From: an uncultured Actinomycetes bacterium
GTDB lineage: Bacteria; Actinomycetota; Thermoleophilia; Gaiellales; Gaiellaceae
Length of the DNA: 64,000 nt
Direction: 5' to 3'
Assembly: GCA_963731015.1 (NCBI GenBank)
Contig: CAVSTY010000003.1
Location: 403,745 to 467,744 of the forward strand
Below are positions 32,183 to 41,471 of this stretch, in pieces. Numbering within the stretch: the first letter of the stretch is position 1; the number at the start of each line of letters is the position of its first letter. Both the position numbers and the translations under genes were made by a program. Below the pieces are notes generated by a model. That model saw only the letters and a program-made list of their open reading frames with translations. It searched no databases and had not been told where the DNA came from.

Positions 32183-33050
32183 GTCCTCCCCACAGCGCCG
32201 CGGTCTCGGCCGCGGCCTCGAGGTGCTGATCGGCGGCCAGCCGGTTCCGAGCGAGCTGCTCGAGATTCCGGTCGACGCGATCCATCCGAACCCGCGCCAG
32301 CCGCGGCGCCGCTTCGAGCCCGAGGCCGCTTCCGGGCTGGCCGAGTCCGTGCGGCAGCAGGGCGTGATCCAGCCGTTGCTCGTGCGGCCGCGCGGCGTGG
32401 GCGGCTACGAGATCGTCGCCGGCGAGCGCCGCTGGCGGGCCGCGCGGGAGGCGGGCCGCGAAACCGTTCCCGCCGTGGTGCGGACGGCCGACGATCGCGA
32501 CACCCTCCTGCTCGGTCTCGTCGAAAACGTTGCCCGCGAGCAGCTGACGCCGATCGAGGAGGCCCGCGCGTACGCCGTCCTCATCGACGAGTTCTCGCTG
32601 TCGCTCGGCGAGGTGGCGGAACGGGTCGGCCGCTCGAAGCCGTCCGTCTCGAACCGGATCCGCCTGCTCGAGCTGCCCGACGACGTGCTCGGCATGGTCG
32701 AGCGCGGCCAGCTGACCGAGGGACATGCCCGGGCCGTCCTCGCCGTCCCCGACCAGGAGGGCCGTCGCCGGCTCGCACGCGAGATCGTGCGACGCGGCCT
32801 CTCGGTTCGGGCGGCCGAGCAGCGGGCCAAGTGGGCCGGCGCGCGGCAGAGGCCGCGGACGCGCTCAGCACCGGTCGACCCGGCGCTCGCCGAACGCGTG
32901 CGCGGTGCCGTCGACCAGCTGACCGGCCGCCACGCGCGCGTCCTCCCCGGACGGGTCGAGCTGCCCTTCGGCGACGAGCACGACCTCGCCGAGCTGGTCG
33001 AGGCGCTCGAGAACGCGGCGGCTACAATTGCGCCCCGCAGTTCCCATTAA
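32166..33050 (+). CDS. parB: Chromosome partitioning protein ParB/Spo0J
   Basis: GLGRGLEVLI, IQPLLVRP and IVAGERRWRAA. A TTG at 32166 has an upstream GGAAGGTGG; an alternative TTG lies at 32109. Confidence 0.88.
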   Translation: MSSAPESSPQRRGLGRGLEVLIGGQPVPSELLEIPVDAIHPNPRQPRRRFEPEAASGLAESVRQQGVIQPLLVRPRGVGGYEIVAGERRWRAAREAGRETVPAVVRTADDRDTLLLGLVENVAREQLTPIEEARAYAVLIDEFSLSLGEVAERVGRSKPSVSNRIRLLELPDDVLGMVERGQLTEGHARAVLAVPDQEGRRRLAREIVRRGLSVRAAEQRAKWAGARQRPRTRSAPVDPALAERVRGAVDQLTGRHARVLPGRVELPFGDEHDLAELVEALENAAATIAPRSSH

Positions 33051-33054
33051 CTTG

Positions 33055-33128
<74 letters not shown>

Positions 33129-33144
33129 CTCCCTGTGCCCCTGA

Positions 33145-33345
33145 TTAGTGCAGGCGGTGTGTGCGGACGAGCCGGCCCCTGGTCTCCGCGTCGAGATCCC
33201 CGTCCAGCGCACCCTCGACGACGAAGCTCGGCGTACGGCCCGTTTGCGAGAGCACCGCCATCCGGAGGACGATCCGGCGGGCGTCCTCGTTCTGCGAGAT
33301 CGCCTCGAGCGATTCGATGTCGTCCAGCCAGAGCGGACGCACCAT
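33145..33345 (-). CDS. Hypothetical small protein
   Basis: 66-aa ORF with high third-position GC. No family recognised. Confidence 0.4.
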   Translation of the reverse strand: MVRPLWLDDIESLEAISQNEDARRIVLRMAVLSQTGRTPSFVVEGALDGDLDAETRGRLVRTHRLH

Positions 33346-33430
33346 GGGTCAAACGCGACCCGCCGAACCGGAGATATGCCTGGTTTCCGGCCCCAGTGCC
33401 TGAGCTATATTCGAGACGAGGTCGCCCGGG

Positions 33431-33943
33431 ATGCAGGAGATGCTCATCTACGGAGTCAGCTTCGATCTGGTCGGCAAACAGCCGATCGTCCTGCTGAAGA
33501 CCGCTGACGGAAACAAGTTCCTGCCGATCTGGATTGGACATCCAGAGGCGGCCGCGATTCTCATGAAGCTCCAGAGCCAGACCTCGGTCCGGCCGATGAC
33601 GCACGATCTCGTGAGCGAGATGCTCGAGCAGCTCGGTGCGTCGATCAGCCGGATCACGGTCACCGAGCTGCGCGAGAACACCTTCTACGCGCAGATCACC
33701 GTGATCCAGGACGGCCAGGAGATCGAGGTCGACTCCCGCCCCTCCGACGCGATCGCGCTCGCCATTCGCGCCGAGGCGCCGATCTTCGCCGCGGACGACG
33801 TGATCGCGGAGTCGGCGATCGAGTTCGAGGGCGAGGAGGTCGACGAGGAGCAGCTCGAGGCAGAGGTGCTCAAGTTCCGCAGCTTCCTCGAGGACGTCAC
33901 GCCTGACCAGTTCGTCGTCGAGAACGGCGACGAGGAGGACTAG
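33431..33943 (+). CDS. Bifunctional nuclease (DUF151/BFN) family protein
   Basis: QPIVLLKTADGNKFLPIWIGHPEAAAI...SRPSDAIALAIR core with an acidic tail. Confidence 0.8.
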   Translation: MQEMLIYGVSFDLVGKQPIVLLKTADGNKFLPIWIGHPEAAAILMKLQSQTSVRPMTHDLVSEMLEQLGASISRITVTELRENTFYAQITVIQDGQEIEVDSRPSDAIALAIRAEAPIFAADDVIAESAIEFEGEEVDEEQLEAEVLKFRSFLEDVTPDQFVVENGDEED

Positions 33944-34650
33944 CTCAGGACGACGGCGAGCACGAGTGTGACGCCGTTGAAGAGGCCGTGCACGAACATG
34001 CCTGGCACCACGCTGTCGGTGCGGTCCCGGAGCCAGGCGAGCGCGATGCCGAAGGGGACAAGGACGATGAGGCCCTCGATCAAGCCGTGCGCGAGACCGA
34101 AGGCGACGCCCACGACGACGATCGAGGTCCAGCGGCCGAAGACGCGTAACAGCGACTGACCCTCGCCGCGGAAGGTGAGCTCCTCGACGAAGGGCGCGAT
34201 GACGGCGAGGAGGACGAAGTTCGCTGCAAAGGCGCCGGCATGGGCGGCTTCCCAGTGCGTCGGCGTCAGCCCCTGCTCCTTGCCCGGGCTCTCCGGCAGC
34301 GGGAGCAGTGACGCGAGCCCGTCGGCCGCGACGATGATCACTGCGGCAATGGCGGCAAACCGCAACGCCTGCATCCAGCTCCGGGGCGCTCGTAGGGCGA
34401 GCAGGTCGAACCTGCCCCACGCGATGAGCAGGACGATCCCCAGCCAGAGCGCGTAAAAGGCGACGCCGTTCTCGAAGGTCGAGTACTTGTAGGCGACGTT
34501 CTTGTCCGTCCGCAGGCCGCGTTCCGAGTAGGAGACGACCACGAAGGCGGCGATGAAGAGCGACCAAACCGTGAGGCGGGTGAAGCTCGGACGAACGGCG
34601 GCGACGCTCACGAGGCCGCAGCATAGGGTTCGGGTCATGCGCCACTTCAC
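33940..34650 (-). CDS. CPBP-family intramembrane glutamic endopeptidase
   Basis: Polytopic protein with EELTFRG and FGLAHG motifs. An alternative ATG start lies at 34638. Confidence 0.8.
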   Translation of the reverse strand: MKWRMTRTLCCGLVSVAAVRPSFTRLTVWSLFIAAFVVVSYSERGLRTDKNVAYKYSTFENGVAFYALWLGIVLLIAWGRFDLLALRAPRSWMQALRFAAIAAVIIVAADGLASLLPLPESPGKEQGLTPTHWEAAHAGAFAANFVLLAVIAPFVEELTFRGEGQSLLRVFGRWTSIVVVGVAFGLAHGLIEGLIVLVPFGIALAWLRDRTDSVVPGMFVHGLFNGVTLVLAVVLS

Positions 34651-35038
34651 GCCGGAGGAGGCGAACGCCGAGCTCGAGCACGTGCGGCCGCTCGTCGCGC
34701 AGCTCGTTGCGACACGGCAGGAGCACGCCGCCGCGCTCGAGCGTCAGGAGGAGCTCGAGCGCAAGATCCGCGGCAACGGCGGCGGCATCCCACCCGCCGA
34801 GCTCGCCCAGGCGACCGCAGAGGTCGACGGCGTCGCGCGGCGCATGGCGCGGCTGGTGGACGAGATCACGAGCCACGGCGCCCAGGTGAAGGATCTCGAC
34901 AGCGGCCTCATCGACTTCCCGGCGCTCCGCCACGACGAGACGGTGCTGCTCTGCTGGCAGCTCGGCGAGGACGAGATCGCCTGGTGGCACGGCGTGGAGG
35001 ACGGTTTCGCCGGCCGCCGCCCGCTTCCGCTCGACTGA
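34637..35038 (+). CDS. DUF2203 family protein
   Basis: MRHFTPEEANAELEHVRPLV...DLDSGLIDFPA...LCWQLGEDEIAWWH. Confidence 0.75.
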   Translation: MRHFTPEEANAELEHVRPLVAQLVATRQEHAAALERQEELERKIRGNGGGIPPAELAQATAEVDGVARRMARLVDEITSHGAQVKDLDSGLIDFPALRHDETVLLCWQLGEDEIAWWHGVEDGFAGRRPLPLD

Positions 35039-35071
35039 GGAAACGCCGCGCCCGCGGCGAATCCGGCGGCG

Positions 35072-35797
35072 ATGCCTTTCTGGCACCGCATAGTCATCGC
35101 TGCCGCCGTCCTGCTCGCCGTCACGCTCCTGGCACGTCTGGTCGACTGGTGGCTCGCTCGGAAGTCGGTCTCGCCGGAGGTCGAGACGCGTTACCGCGTC
35201 CTGCGGCGTGCCGTCAGCGTGACCATCATCGCGGTCGGTCTCTTCTCCGCCCTGCTGGTGATCCCACAGATACGAGCCGTGGCCGGGGGATTGCTGGCGT
35301 CGACCGCCATTCTCGGCGTGATCATCGGCCTGGCGTCGCAACAGACGCTCGGGAACTTCATCGCCGGTCTGCTGATCGCGACGACGCAGCCGGTCCGGAT
35401 CGGCGATCACGTCAGCTACTCAGGCGAGACCGGAGTGGTCGAGGAGATCGGTCTCACGTACACGTTCATCCGCACCGTCGACCGCCGGCGTCTCGTCGTC
35501 CCGAACAGCAAGCTCGCCTCCGACCCCATCATCAACGCCTCGATCCGGAGCCGCGAGACCTTCGCCGAGGTCTCGGTGCCGGTGCCGCTGGCTGCCGATC
35601 TCGATGGCGCGCTGGAGGCGCTGCGGGAGGACGTCGCGGACGAGCGCCATGGCGACGTCTACGTCAGCTCGCTCGACGGCACCGCGACCGTCACCCTGCG
35701 TGCCGCCGCCTCCGACGAGCTCGCGGCCGAGCGCCTCGAGCACGAGCTGCGGCTGCGCGCTCACCGGCGGCTGCGCGCACTCGGCGTCTGGGCGTGA
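35072..35797 (+). CDS. Small-conductance mechanosensitive channel (MscS family)
   Basis: 241 aa with TM helices followed by GLASQQTLGNFIAGLLI and PVRIGD. Confidence 0.85.
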   Translation: MPFWHRIVIAAAVLLAVTLLARLVDWWLARKSVSPEVETRYRVLRRAVSVTIIAVGLFSALLVIPQIRAVAGGLLASTAILGVIIGLASQQTLGNFIAGLLIATTQPVRIGDHVSYSGETGVVEEIGLTYTFIRTVDRRRLVVPNSKLASDPIINASIRSRETFAEVSVPVPLAADLDGALEALREDVADERHGDVYVSSLDGTATVTLRAAASDELAAERLEHELRLRAHRRLRALGVWA

Positions 35798-37720
35798 GCC
35801 GCAGGCGGCAGCCGGCGAAGCGGCGACCGACACGGAGACGGCGCCGCCTCATCCTCGTCCTCGCGATCGCCCTCCCGCTCGTGGTGCTCGCCGCCACCGC
35901 GGCCGGCGGCGCCGTCTACTTCGGCTCGAGCTGCGACCTGAGCACGCTGCGGCCGGTGCGCCAAGCCGACAACTCCCTCGTCTACGGCGCGAACGGCGGT
36001 CTGATCGGCGTGCTGCCCGCGGTCGAGAACAGGACGGCGATTGCGCGCACGGCGATCAGCCCGTGGATGCCGAAGGCGACCGTAGCGATCGAGGACCGCC
36101 GCTTCTACCAGCACGGCGGCATCGACCCGGAGGGGATCCTCCGCGCCTTCGTCGCCGACGCGAGCGCCGGCCACATCGTCGAGGGCGGCTCCACCATCAC
36201 GCAGGAGTTGGTGCGCAACCTCTATCTCTCGCGGGAGCAGACGCTGCAGCGGAAGGTCGTCGAAGCCTGCCTGGCCGTCAAGCTTGCGCGCGTCTGGTCG
36301 AGGGACAGGATCCTCACGGCCTATCTCAACGACGTCTACTACGGCAACCACGCGTACGGGATCGAGGCTGCGGCCGAGACGTACTTCTCCGTTCCGGCGA
36401 GCCGGCTGACGCTCGAGCAGGCGGCGCTTCTCGCCGGGCTGCCGCAGGCGCCGTCGTACTACGACCCGCTCCACAACCCGTCCGCTGCACTCGGGCGCCG
36501 CGACGAGGTTCTGCGCGCACTGCGGCGGAGCGGGGACATCACCGGCGAGCAGTACGCAGAGGCGACGCGCGACCGCGGGCTGCACCTGCGCCCGAGCCCG
36601 GCGTACGCGAGCCGGGAGCCGTACTTCGTCGGCTACGTCGAGAACCTCCTCCAGCAGGCGTACGGAGCAGCGACCGTTCGGGCAGGCGGGCTGAAGATCT
36701 ACACGACGATCCGGCCGCGCCTGCAACACGCCGCGGTGCACGCGCTGTCGGAGGAGCTGTCCGGCCGCAACGATCCGGCCGGCGCGATCGTCTCGATCGA
36801 CCCCGCAACCGGGGCGATTCGCGCGATGGCAGGCGTGACGCCGGCAGCGCCCGGGAATGAGTTCAACCTCGCCACGACGGCCGAGCGCCAGGCGGGCTCG
36901 ACGTTCAAGCCGATCGTCCTCGCCGCCGCGGTGGCGGAGGGCATGAACCCGTGGGCGACGCGCTACCTCTCCGCGCCCTTCTACTACGCGCCGCTGCAAT
37001 GGCGCGTTCGCACGTACGACGGGAGATACGCCGGGCCTGAGAACGTCGCGGCCGCGACGCTTCAGTCGGACAACACGGTCTACGCGCGGCTCGCCCTCGA
37101 CGTCGGCCCGGACGCGATCGTCGGAATGGCGCAGAAGCTCGGCGTGCAGACGCAGCTGCAACCGACGCCGTCGCTCGCCCTCGGGACCGGCGCGGTGACC
37201 CCTCTCGACATGGCTTCGGTCTACGCGACGCTGGCGGCGGGAGGCGTGTACTCCAAGCCGCTCGCAATCCGGCGGGTCGTTTTCCCCGGCGGCAAGGTCG
37301 GCGGCGGCTGGGGCCGGCCGCAGCGGACACGAGTCGTCCCGGACTGGGTCGCGGCGACGGTGACCCATGTGCTCGAGGAGAACATGCTCCACGGCACGGG
37401 AGTGGGAGCGCACGTCCCGGGCCGCATCGACGCAGGCAAGACGGGGACGACCGACGACTACGCGGACGCCTGGTTCTGCGGCTACACGCCCTCGCTCGAG
37501 GCCACGGTCTGGATCGGCTATCCGAAGGGCGAGATTCCGATGCTCGACGTACACGGCGCCGCCGTCTCGGGCCCGACACTGCCCGCGGCAGATCTGGCGG
37601 CTGTTCATGGAGCGCACGGTTGAAGGCTCGGCGACCGCCGCGTTCCCGGCGCCGGCCTCGCCCGCCCAGTTCGTGCCCTGGACCGGACGCTACGCCTACA
37701 CGGCTACGACCCCGCCCTAG
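35794..37720 (+). CDS. Class A penicillin-binding protein (transglycosylase/transpeptidase); apparent +1 frame break near 37588
   Basis: EDRRFYQHGG, GGSTITQ, STFKP, SDN and KTGTT. As read, the frame stops at 37623. The conserved C-terminal QIWRLFMERTV continues in the +1 frame (ORF 37367..37720) with high GC3. Confidence 0.85.
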
Positions 37721-37750
37721 CGGTCCCGCAACTTACGGTATGAAGCCGTC

Positions 37751-38947
37751 GTGGCTTCGCTACTCACTCTCGAGGAGGCGCATGAGTGCGTGCTGAAACA
37801 CGCGCGCCCCCTGCCGGCCGAGCCCGTCCCCATTGCCGACGCCGCCGGACGCGTCACCGCCGAAGACGTGCGCGCCCGGGTCGACCTGCCGCCGTTCGCG
37901 AGCTCTGCGATGGACGGATTCGCGGTGCGCTCGGCCGATCTGCCGAGGACGCTACGGATCGCCGGCGAGTCCGCCGCGGGGCGGCCGTTCGCGGCGCAGG
38001 TCGAACCGGGCTGTGCGGTGACCATCTCGACGGGCGCGGTCGTGCCGGAGGGTGCCGACGCGGTTGTCCCGATCGAATACGTTGTCCAGAGCGACAACAT
38101 GGTAGAGATATCGGAGGCGATCAGACCGGGGGCGCACGTTCGCCCTCGCGGTGGCGACGTCGCCGCCGGAGAGGTGGTGGTCCCCGCCTGCGTGAGGCTC
38201 ACGCCCGCACGCTTGGCTGCGGCTGCGGCCTCCGGCGTCGCTGAGCTGTCGTGCGCACGCCGCCCGAGGGTTGCCGTGCTCGCGACGGGCAGCGAGCTCG
38301 TCGGTCCCGGCGGGGAGCTGCGGCCGGGCCAGATCTACGAGACGAACGGTCTCATGCTCTCCTCCGCGCTGGTCGCTGCGGGCGCCGAGGTGCAGACCGA
38401 GCCGCCCGTAGCGGACGACGAGCAGGCGTTGGGGGAAGCCATCGAGCGTGGACTTGCAGCCGACGTCCTCGTCACCTCGGGCGGTGTCTCGGTCGGCGAG
38501 CACGACCTCGTCCGGGCGGCGGAGCGAGAGCTCGGTGTCGAGGAGGTGTTCTGGCGAGTGGCAATCAAGCCCGGCAAGCCGGTCTCGTTCGGCGTCCGCG
38601 GCGACACGCTCGTGTTCGGCCTCCCGGGGAATCCCGTCTCCGCGCTCGTGGGGTGCGAGCTCTTCGTCAAGCCGGCATTGCGCGCGTTGCAGGGCCTGCG
38701 GGATCCGCTGCCGCGGTTCGAGCCAGGCCGGCTCGCGTCCAGTCTGCGGCGCAACGAGGAGCGCGACGCGTTCGTCCGCGCCCGGTCGCGGGTGGACGGA
38801 GGCGTGCTGGTGCTCGAGCCGGTCACCGGCCAGGAGTCGCACATGATCGTTCGCTCGTCCGCTGCGGACGCGCTCGTGCACGTTCCACGTGGAAACGGGG
38901 AGCTTGCGGCCGGCTCGACTGTGCGCTGGTTCCGTCTCGAGGGCTAG
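37751..38947 (+). CDS. moeA: Molybdopterin molybdenumtransferase
   Basis: 398 aa with PPFASSAMDGFAV. Confidence 0.9.
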   Translation: MASLLTLEEAHECVLKHARPLPAEPVPIADAAGRVTAEDVRARVDLPPFASSAMDGFAVRSADLPRTLRIAGESAAGRPFAAQVEPGCAVTISTGAVVPEGADAVVPIEYVVQSDNMVEISEAIRPGAHVRPRGGDVAAGEVVVPACVRLTPARLAAAAASGVAELSCARRPRVAVLATGSELVGPGGELRPGQIYETNGLMLSSALVAAGAEVQTEPPVADDEQALGEAIERGLAADVLVTSGGVSVGEHDLVRAAERELGVEEVFWRVAIKPGKPVSFGVRGDTLVFGLPGNPVSALVGCELFVKPALRALQGLRDPLPRFEPGRLASSLRRNEERDAFVRARSRVDGGVLVLEPVTGQESHMIVRSSAADALVHVPRGNGELAAGSTVRWFRLEG

Positions 38948-40812
38948 TCGTTCACAGCCCGACGCGTCTGGGGCACTGCGGCGCGGCGCCGCGGGGCGAA
39001 AACCAGCGTGCGGATGAGGTCGCGGACGGGGCCGCGGCGAGGGCGCTCCGACGGAGCGGGATACGGTGCGTAGCGGTTCGCCGCGAGCGCGGCGAGCTGA
39101 CCGGCGGCCGCGAGCCACGCGAGGCCGATCACGAACAACGGCAGCGGCGCGTAGCCGACGGCGAAGAGCTTGACGATGTACCACGGGGCGTCCCAGCCCA
39201 GCCCATAGTGCGTGGCAAACGTCCAGACGAGGTAGGCGGGTCCCAGAAAGCCGGCAAGGAAGACGCCCGCGCGGGCGCCCGGGTGGCGTGTCTGCACCTG
39301 CGGCTGCCAGAGCCAGATGTGTAGCGAGGGAAGGATGAAGATGAGCGCGAACGGGTTCGTCGCCGCCACCAGGAGCCCGATCACGCCGAGCGCGAGCAGC
39401 GCGGCGCTGTGGCCGGCGAGCCGCTCCTCGGGCCGAATCGGCCGTCGCGGCAGTAAGCGGCTGCGGGCGACGAGCCAGCCGGCGCCCGCGAGCAGGGCGA
39501 GCGCCACGAGCGCTCCCCCCGGCCAGGAGACGGAGGTCAGGGGCGGCGCGTATCCACCACTGCCACCCCAGAGGCCGATCGCCCTGAAGACGAGGAAGAC
39601 CGCCCCGACCCACGCCCAGAAGCCGAGGCGGCTGCGATAGCTGCGGAAGGCCGGCGAGATCCGGATTCGGCGCCGGCGACACCGGGCGAACAGGTCGACG
39701 GCTGCCGCGAGGAAGGGTAGGAGCATGGCGACGAGCACGAGCTCGATCGCCCAGCCGCGGATCAGCCGCTGACCGAGGAAGACGTAGTTCGTCGGACCCT
39801 GTGCAAGCGAAACTCCCTGCTCCATCCCGTCCAGGGTGTCCTGCGCAGCGAGGCCGACGACGCCGAGATGCCCCACGTCGAGCCTGGTTCCGTGTCCTCG
39901 CGCCTCGGCGGCGCGCGCGCCGGAGGTCGTCACGGTCACCGCCGGGATCCCGCGGCTCACGAACGGAGCCTGCTCGTACGGATCGAAGGGGAATCCGAGG
40001 CTCGCGAGCTGCTGAAGGCCGCTCGGCCGCGCGGGCTCGCCGTTGCCTCGCTGCGCGAGGTTGGTCCGCAGCGTCTCGACGAGCCCCGGAGCGGGAGAAC
40101 GGGCCGTCTGGCCCCCGAAGACGAGTCGCGGCGCGCCCCGACCGGCGATCGAGTCGAGGTTGACGACCCCGAGGATCTTCGCGTTTCCCTGCTGCTCCGC
40201 GGCGAAGTGCGCGGCGCCCTGGGAACCGTCGACTGCGCCGTCGGTGGAGAGGAAGACGAGGGTGTACGGGAGCGAGATCCGCTGCGCCGCGGCGGTCGGG
40301 GCATAGGAGCGCGCCAGCTCGATCAGGGCCGCCGTGCCCGAAGCGTTGTCGTTCAGCCCGTTGCCGACGCCGCTGTCGTCGCGATGCGCCATCACGATGA
40401 TCTCGGGCGGCGAGAGACCGGTGCCCCGCTTGGCCGTGACGAGGTTGACGAGCGTCGTTCGGCGACCGTTGATTGTGGCGGTGAACGGCTCGCTGTGGAC
40501 GTGGAAGCCGTACGGCTCCAGCTGTTGGCGGAACCAGGCAGCTGCGCCTCTGGCATCAGGCGTGCCGGGCCTCCGGTCCGGATAGTTCGACGCGAGGTCC
40601 CGGGCGAGAAATGCCGCCTGTGACGCCTCGAACGCCGCCGGCAGGCCCGTTTGGGGATGGAGCGCGGGCGGGCGGGCGACGCTGAACGCGAGCAGCAGCA
40701 GCGGCAGTCCGACGAGCAGCCACGCGCCGCGGTAGAGGCGCGCGTTCACGGGACGCTCGAGCGACCCCGGCCGCGAGCGTCGGCGCTCGGGTACGGGCGA
40801 GGCGGCCGTCAC
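38944..40812 (-). CDS. Membrane-anchored M28-family metallopeptidase with polytopic C-terminal domain
   Basis: MAHRDD...NDNASGTAALIELAR, followed by about 8 hydrophobic helices. Confidence 0.8.
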   Translation of the reverse strand: MTAASPVPERRRSRPGSLERPVNARLYRGAWLLVGLPLLLLAFSVARPPALHPQTGLPAAFEASQAAFLARDLASNYPDRRPGTPDARGAAAWFRQQLEPYGFHVHSEPFTATINGRRTTLVNLVTAKRGTGLSPPEIIVMAHRDDSGVGNGLNDNASGTAALIELARSYAPTAAAQRISLPYTLVFLSTDGAVDGSQGAAHFAAEQQGNAKILGVVNLDSIAGRGAPRLVFGGQTARSPAPGLVETLRTNLAQRGNGEPARPSGLQQLASLGFPFDPYEQAPFVSRGIPAVTVTTSGARAAEARGHGTRLDVGHLGVVGLAAQDTLDGMEQGVSLAQGPTNYVFLGQRLIRGWAIELVLVAMLLPFLAAAVDLFARCRRRRIRISPAFRSYRSRLGFWAWVGAVFLVFRAIGLWGGSGGYAPPLTSVSWPGGALVALALLAGAGWLVARSRLLPRRPIRPEERLAGHSAALLALGVIGLLVAATNPFALIFILPSLHIWLWQPQVQTRHPGARAGVFLAGFLGPAYLVWTFATHYGLGWDAPWYIVKLFAVGYAPLPLFVIGLAWLAAAGQLAALAANRYAPYPAPSERPRRGPVRDLIRTLVFAPRRRAAVPQTRRAVND

Positions 40813-40964
40813 GGTCGTTCAGTCTAGGCCCGGATTCGGGCGCGCCGTTTTCCCGTGGAAACGATCGGGGTTAACTCTCTCCAGGCGGGGTAGGGCCAAG
40901 CCCGAGGGTAAACATCGGGGCTTGCAGGCGGGGTCCCTCGGGCGTTAGTGGTAGAAATCGGCGG

Positions 40965-40990
40965 GTTTAGATCCCGGAATCTGCGGTAAA
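40965..40990 (+). promoter_or_regulatory. SigB/SigF-like promoter candidate
   Basis: GTTTAG-N14-GGTAAA, compared with the general stress consensus GTTTAA-N12-15-GGGTAT. It ends 16 nt before the ATG at 41007. Confidence 0.25.
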
Positions 40991-41006
40991 CACCGAGAGG
41001 GTCACG

Positions 41007-41468
41007 ATGGACGAGGCGGCAGTGATCGAGACGGCGGGCGAGACGCTCGAGGGAATGCGAAGCGTGCGGCTCAGCGTGCCCGCCCGTGCGGAGTACATCG
41101 CGCTGGCTCGGCTCGCGCTCAGCGGCCTCGCCGACATCGTCGCGTTGTCCGAGGAACAGCTAGCCGATCTCAAGCTCGCCCTGACCGAGGCCGTGTCGAA
41201 CTCCGTACGGCACGCGTACGCCGGCGGAGCCGGGCTCGTCTCGATCGCGTACGAGCTCACCGGCGATGCGCTTGCCGTCGAGGTCGTCGACGACGGGAAG
41301 GGCTTCGATCCGGAGCGGCCTGCGCCGCTCGAGGGCGAGGAGCTCACGGAAGGCGGCCTCGGCATCGCGATCATCCGCACGATCGCGGACGAGTTCGAGC
41401 TGCAGTCCCAACCCGGGGTTCGGGGCTCGCGCCTGCGTTTCGTGAAGCGGCTGCGCCAGCCGGCCTGA
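41007..41468 (+). CDS. RsbW/SpoIIAB-like anti-sigma factor serine kinase (HATPase_c)
   Basis: 153 aa with N-box EAVSNSVRHAY, G1 DDGKGF and G2 GGLGIAI. Confidence 0.8.
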   Translation: MDEAAVIETAGETLEGMRSVRLSVPARAEYIALARLALSGLADIVALSEEQLADLKLALTEAVSNSVRHAYAGGAGLVSIAYELTGDALAVEVVDDGKGFDPERPAPLEGEELTEGGLGIAIIRTIADEFELQSQPGVRGSRLRFVKRLRQPA

Positions 41469-41471
41469 CTG

